A stretch of DNA of 64,000 nt from Armatimonadota bacterium (GTDB lineage Bacteria; Armatimonadota; SYMT01), in NCBI GenBank assembly GCA_041690135.1, contig JAWLHY010000007.1:320001-384000 (forward strand), written 5' to 3'. Numbering within the stretch: position 1 is the first letter of the stretch; every line of letters starts with the position of its first letter. The translations under genes were made by a program, and so were the position numbers. The notes under the pieces were generated by a model. That model saw only the letters and a program-made list of their open reading frames with translations. It was not told where the DNA came from and made no database searches. This document shows positions 56,886-64,000 of this stretch, in pieces.

Positions 56886-58298
56886 TTAGCTATGAATAGC
56901 GCGGCCATCCACCGCCAGGGCGGCTTCCTTCACCACCTCGGGCAGGGTGGGGTGGGCGTGGCACACGCGGGCCAGGTCCTCGCTGCTGGCGCCGAACTCG
57001 ATCGCGGCCACGCACTCGGCGATCAGGTCACCGGCACGGGGACCGATGATATGGACCCCCAGGATCCGGTCCGTCTTCGCGTGGGCCAGGATCTTGGCGC
57101 GGCCTTCCGTGTGGCCGATGCTGCGGGCGCGGCCGTTGGCGCGGAAGTGGAACACCCCCTTGCGGTACTCCACGCCGGCTTCCTTTAGCTCCTCCTCCGT
57201 CTTGCCGACCGAGGCGATCTCCGGCTCGGTGTAGGCCACGCCGGGGATGGCGTCGTAGTTCACGTGGCCGTAGCCGGTCACCAGCCGCTCCACGCAGGCC
57301 ACGCCCTCTTCCTCCGCCTTGTGGGCGAGCATCGGGCCGGCGATCACGTCGCCGATGGCGTAGATACCGGGGACGGAGGTGGCGTAGCCCGCGCCCACGG
57401 GGATGCGGCCCCGCGGGTCGAGCTGGATCCCCACGGTCTCCAGGCCCAGGCCATCGGTGCAGGGGGTGCGGCCCGCGGCGAGCAGCACGCGGTCGCACTG
57501 GATCGGGTCGCCGCCTTCATACTCCACCACGCAGCCCTCACCCTCGCGGCGGGCGGAAGTCACGCGGGTGCCCAGGCGGAACTCCAGCCCCTGCTGCTTG
57601 AACATCTTGAACGCCTCGTCGGCGATCTCGCGGTCCATGCCGGGCAGGATGCGGTCCAGGTATTCCAGCACCGTCACCTTCGCGCCCAGCCGCTGCCATA
57701 CGGAGCCGAGCTCTAGGCCGATGTAGCCCGCCCCGATCACCACCAGGTGCTGCGGGACCTCCGGATAGGAGAGGGCCTCGGTGCTCGTGCCGATGCGGTC
57801 GTAGTCCACCTCCACGCCGCGGAGGCCGGCCGGCTGGCTGCCCGTGGCGATCAGGACATTCTTCGCCTGGAGCGCCGTCTCGCCGTCCTCCCCGGTCACG
57901 ATCACCCGACCGGGACCATCGAGCCGGCCCACTCCCACGAACCGGGTGATCTTATTCTTCTTGAACAGCGAATCGACCCCGCGGGTCAGGTTCGTCACCA
58001 CCTGGTCCTTGCGCGCCAGCATCGCGGGCAGATCCAGTTCCACCTGCCCCAGCCGGATGCCATGGGCGGCGAACTCGTGCTGGGCCTCCACGAACCGCTC
58101 GCTCGACTCCAGCAACGCCTTGCTGGGAATACAGCCGATCCGCAGGCAGGTGCCCCCGGACGCGGTCTCCTTGTCAATGCACGCGACACTGAGGCCAAGC
58201 TGCGCCGCGCGGATGGCGGCCACGTAGCCGCCGGGTCCGGCACCGATCACAATCAGGTCGAAAGAGGTTTCAGGGTTCGGGTTCTGTGCGTTAGACAT
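56886..58298 (-). CDS. lpdA: Dihydrolipoamide dehydrogenase (E3)
   Basis: GAGPGGYVAAIRAAQLG, GGTCLRIGCIPSK, HAHPTLPE. Confidence 0.97.
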   Translation of the reverse strand: MSNAQNPNPETSFDLIVIGAGPGGYVAAIRAAQLGLSVACIDKETASGGTCLRIGCIPSKALLESSERFVEAQHEFAAHGIRLGQVELDLPAMLARKDQVVTNLTRGVDSLFKKNKITRFVGVGRLDGPGRVIVTGEDGETALQAKNVLIATGSQPAGLRGVEVDYDRIGTSTEALSYPEVPQHLVVIGAGYIGLELGSVWQRLGAKVTVLEYLDRILPGMDREIADEAFKMFKQQGLEFRLGTRVTSARREGEGCVVEYEGGDPIQCDRVLLAAGRTPCTDGLGLETVGIQLDPRGRIPVGAGYATSVPGIYAIGDVIAGPMLAHKAEEEGVACVERLVTGYGHVNYDAIPGVAYTEPEIASVGKTEEELKEAGVEYRKGVFHFRANGRARSIGHTEGRAKILAHAKTDRILGVHIIGPRAGDLIAECVAAIEFGASSEDLARVCHAHPTLPEVVKEAALAVDGRAIHS

Positions 58299-58323
58299 GG
58301 GGCGTTCCGGTTTTAGTTAGTCC

Positions 58324-59066
58324 GCGAATTTAGCGAATGGTGCGAATTGGGATAGGGGTGTTCAGGCATTCAGCCCCCCCTGTGGGGGGGTAAACGTTCA
58401 GGCACTCAGGCATTCGGGTGGGCGATCTGCGAATTAGGCGAATGAAGCGAATTAGTAGAGGGAGTGTTCGGGTGGCAAACATCCAGGCAGTGCCCACGCT
58501 CGTCATTGCGAGGAGCGGTGTACCTGAAGCAACTTCTCAGCCCAGATCAGCACTTTGTCGAAGCACCTTCGCATTGTCCTGATCCTGTAAACGACGTGGC
58601 AAGCCCCCTGGTTAGGGCACTCGTCCTTACACGGAGGTCTTTATCCTCATCCTGATCCTAATCCATCTCGTCCCCTGGTCAGGAAAGCTGTCGTAACACG
58701 GCACTTCTTATCCTTATCCTGGTCCTGATCCATCCGCCCCTCTCCCGCAGCGTGGCAGAGGTTTACGCCCCGAGGGGGTGCTTGCGCCCCGAGGGGGTGG
58801 GCTAGGGGTGAGGGCACTTTGGTCACCGGCCCCGTCCTGCACACGGGCTCCCCCTCTCTGCGTCGGAGAGGGGGTAGGGGGGTGAGGTTTTCGGGCTCAT
58901 CGAACCCGCCCTGAAGCCTGCACCCAATCAATCCCCCTCTCCCACAGCGTGCGTGTGGCAGGGGTGAGGGCGGCCCACTGCCTGAACGTCCCCGCACAGG
59001 GGTGCCCGAACGTTTACCCCCCACAGGGGGGCCTGAACACCCCAACACCCAAGACCCAACACCCAA
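58324..59066. repeat. REP-like palindrome mosaic between sucB and lpdA
   Basis: Inverted pair 58357-58405 / 59002-59043; GCGAAT iterations; CCCTCTC..GAGAGGG hairpins; GTCATTGCGAGGAGC. Confidence 0.7.
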
Positions 59067-59067
59067 C

Positions 59068-60298
59068 CTACACGTCCAGCAGGATCCTCGCCGGCGACTC
59101 CAGCACGTCCTTGATCCGCTTGAGGAAGGTCACGGCCTCGCGACCGTCCACGATCCGGTGATCGTACGTCAGCGCGAGATACATCATTGGCCGGATCACG
59201 ACCTGTCCGTCGCGGGCCACCGGGCGTTCCTGGATCGAGTGCATTCCCAGGATGCCGCTCTGCGGCGGGTTCACGATCGGGGTCGAGAGCAGCGAGCCGA
59301 AGATGCCCCCGTTGCTGATGGTGAACGTGCCGCCTTGCAGCTCTTCCAGCTTCAGCTTGCTCTCCTTGGCCCGCTTGCCGAAGTCTTCGATCGCCTTCTC
59401 GATCTCGGCGAAGCTCATCCGCTCCGCGTTCCGGATCACCGGCACCGCCAGGCCCTTCTCGCCGCTCACGGCCACGCCGATGTCGTAGTAGTTCTTGTAG
59501 AGGATCTGGTCGCCGCGGATCTCGGCATTCACCTGCGGGATCGCCTTCAGGGCTTCCACGGAGGCCTTCACGAAGAACGACATGAAGCCCAGCCGCACGC
59601 CGTGCTTCTTGGTGAAGGCGTCCTGGTACTCCTTCCGCAGCGCCATCACCGCGGTCATGTCCACTTCGTTGAAGGTGGTCAGCAGCGCCGCCGTCTGCTG
59701 GGCCTCCACCAGGCGCTCCGCAATCCGCCGGCGCATCGGCGTCATCGAGACCGCCTCTTCCTGGCGGTCGCCGTCCTGGGAGAGGGGCGCCGCGGGAAGC
59801 GACCGGGAAGGAGCCGCGGGGGCCGTGGGTTGTGCCGCGGGCGTCGCGGCCGGGGGACGGGCGCCCGAGCCTACATGCGCCTGCACGTCTTCCTTCAGGA
59901 GGCGTCCGCCGGGACCGCTGGCGGGGACCTGCTCCGCGGAAAGGCCGTGCTCGGCCAGCAGGCGCGCGGCGGCGGGCATCACGTGCGCGGGGGCCTGGCC
60001 CGCGGCTTCCGGCTGCTTCGCCTCGGCAGCGGGGGCGGCGGCCTCGGCCGGGGCGGCGGCTACTCCGGCCGCGCCCTCTTCCATGTAGCCGATCACCTCG
60101 CCGACCTCGGCGCTCTCCCCTTTGCGCTTGAGCACCTGCGTCACTGTTCCGGCCGCCGGAGCGGGCAGTTCCACCGTGATCTTATCCGTCTCGATCGAGA
60201 CCAGTGATTCGTTCTTCTCTACGTGGGCGCCTTCCGCGACCAGCCACTCGCCGATCTCGACCGTGGTGATCGATTCGCCCACCGCAGGGACTTTTAAT

Positions 60299-60309
<11 letters not shown>
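59068..60309 (-). CDS. sucB: 2-oxoglutarate dehydrogenase E2
   Basis: Lipoyl [41 protein letters not shown]. Confidence 0.97.
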
Positions 60310-63241
<2,932 letters not shown>

Positions 63242-63363
63242 CGGTGTGATACTGCCCATTCCAGCGCCGGCTTGTGGGGGGCGGCGCTGCCCCACCTGTT
63301 AGTGTAAACGGAACCGCCCCCGCGCTCAAAGCTTTACCGGACAGGCGGTTCTCCAAAGCTGGG

Positions 63364-63954
63364 TTACCCCTCCGGGTCGTCCAGCAATCGCTCCAGCCGG
63401 TCCCACAGAGCCGGCACCAGTTTTTCACGCCAGGAAGCATCCATCAGGCCCACGTCGATCAGGTCCCGCAGTTGCATCCGGTCTATATCTTGAAAGGAAG
63501 CCAGATTCATTCTTACCAGCGGCGTCAGTTTCAGTAGCTGAAAGTCGCCGGTGCGTTCCGATTCGGCTACCTGCGGCGCCGGAGCCTCATCCTCCGGTCG
63601 CACCCGTTTCCCCGCAAAAACAATGTGGATGGCATCCCGCGCGCTAGCATCGGCCCCTTCCAGGAACATGTCCACTCCCCGCGCGTGGCGGTAGTGAAAG
63701 CCGGCCTGCTCCAGGGCCGTCCGGGCGGCTTCAAAATCGGCGGGGTCCAGCAGCAAGTCCACGTTGCGGGTGTTGCGGACCGCCGCCTCGTCCACCCGCG
63801 AAACCCACGCGGCCACGGCGTTCCCGCCGATCACGGCATAGGGCACGCCTGCCGCCTCCAAAGCCGTGGTGGCACGCATCAGCCGGTCGCGGACCTTCTC
63901 CACGGCCCTCGACATCCTTTCCCAGGAGACTTCTCCGATAACCGCCGTTGCCAT
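63364..63954 (-). CDS. Nucleotidyltransferase-family protein
   Basis: YAVIGGNAVAAW...RNTRNVDLL (GG...DxD-like, first Asp replaced by Asn). Confidence 0.75.
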   Translation of the reverse strand: MATAVIGEVSWERMSRAVEKVRDRLMRATTALEAAGVPYAVIGGNAVAAWVSRVDEAAVRNTRNVDLLLDPADFEAARTALEQAGFHYRHARGVDMFLEGADASARDAIHIVFAGKRVRPEDEAPAPQVAESERTGDFQLLKLTPLVRMNLASFQDIDRMQLRDLIDVGLMDASWREKLVPALWDRLERLLDDPEG

Positions 63955-64000
63955 TCCAACCTCTATTGTGTACCGCCGCGTACCGGCCTGACCACCCTGT

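Overview
GC-rich bacterial chromosomal window (gene content and repeat style suggest an Armatimonadota/PVC-like organism; inference only). Left: a signal-peptide-bearing RHS polymorphic toxin of about 2,036 aa, split into three ORFs by a +1 G-run frameshift and an in-frame TAG, with an AHH/GHH-like nuclease tip and a DUF4375-type immunity gene. Middle: housekeeping and accessory genes (nth, Crp regulator, APH kinase, esterases, VanX-like peptidase, class A beta-lactamase-like protein, SplB-like radical SAM, NrtR, GNAT, GH105, CnbZ-like) and an uncharacterised envelope/glycan-sensing cluster (15.1-24.6 kb). The main accessory element is a roughly 19 kb DNA phosphorothioation defence island (37.4-56.3 kb). 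It has dndBCDEA convergent with pbeABCD-like genes, a PT-associated methyltransferase, a divergent stand-alone copy of that enzyme's C-terminal domain, an IS630, a Zn-finger/GIY-YIG nuclease and an unknown gene directly upstream of dndB, and an HNH nuclease remnant. The island is bracketed by inverted copies of four short repeat modules. Right: sucA-sucB-lpdA and a nucleotidyltransferase. No rRNA, tRNA or CRISPR array was recognised.
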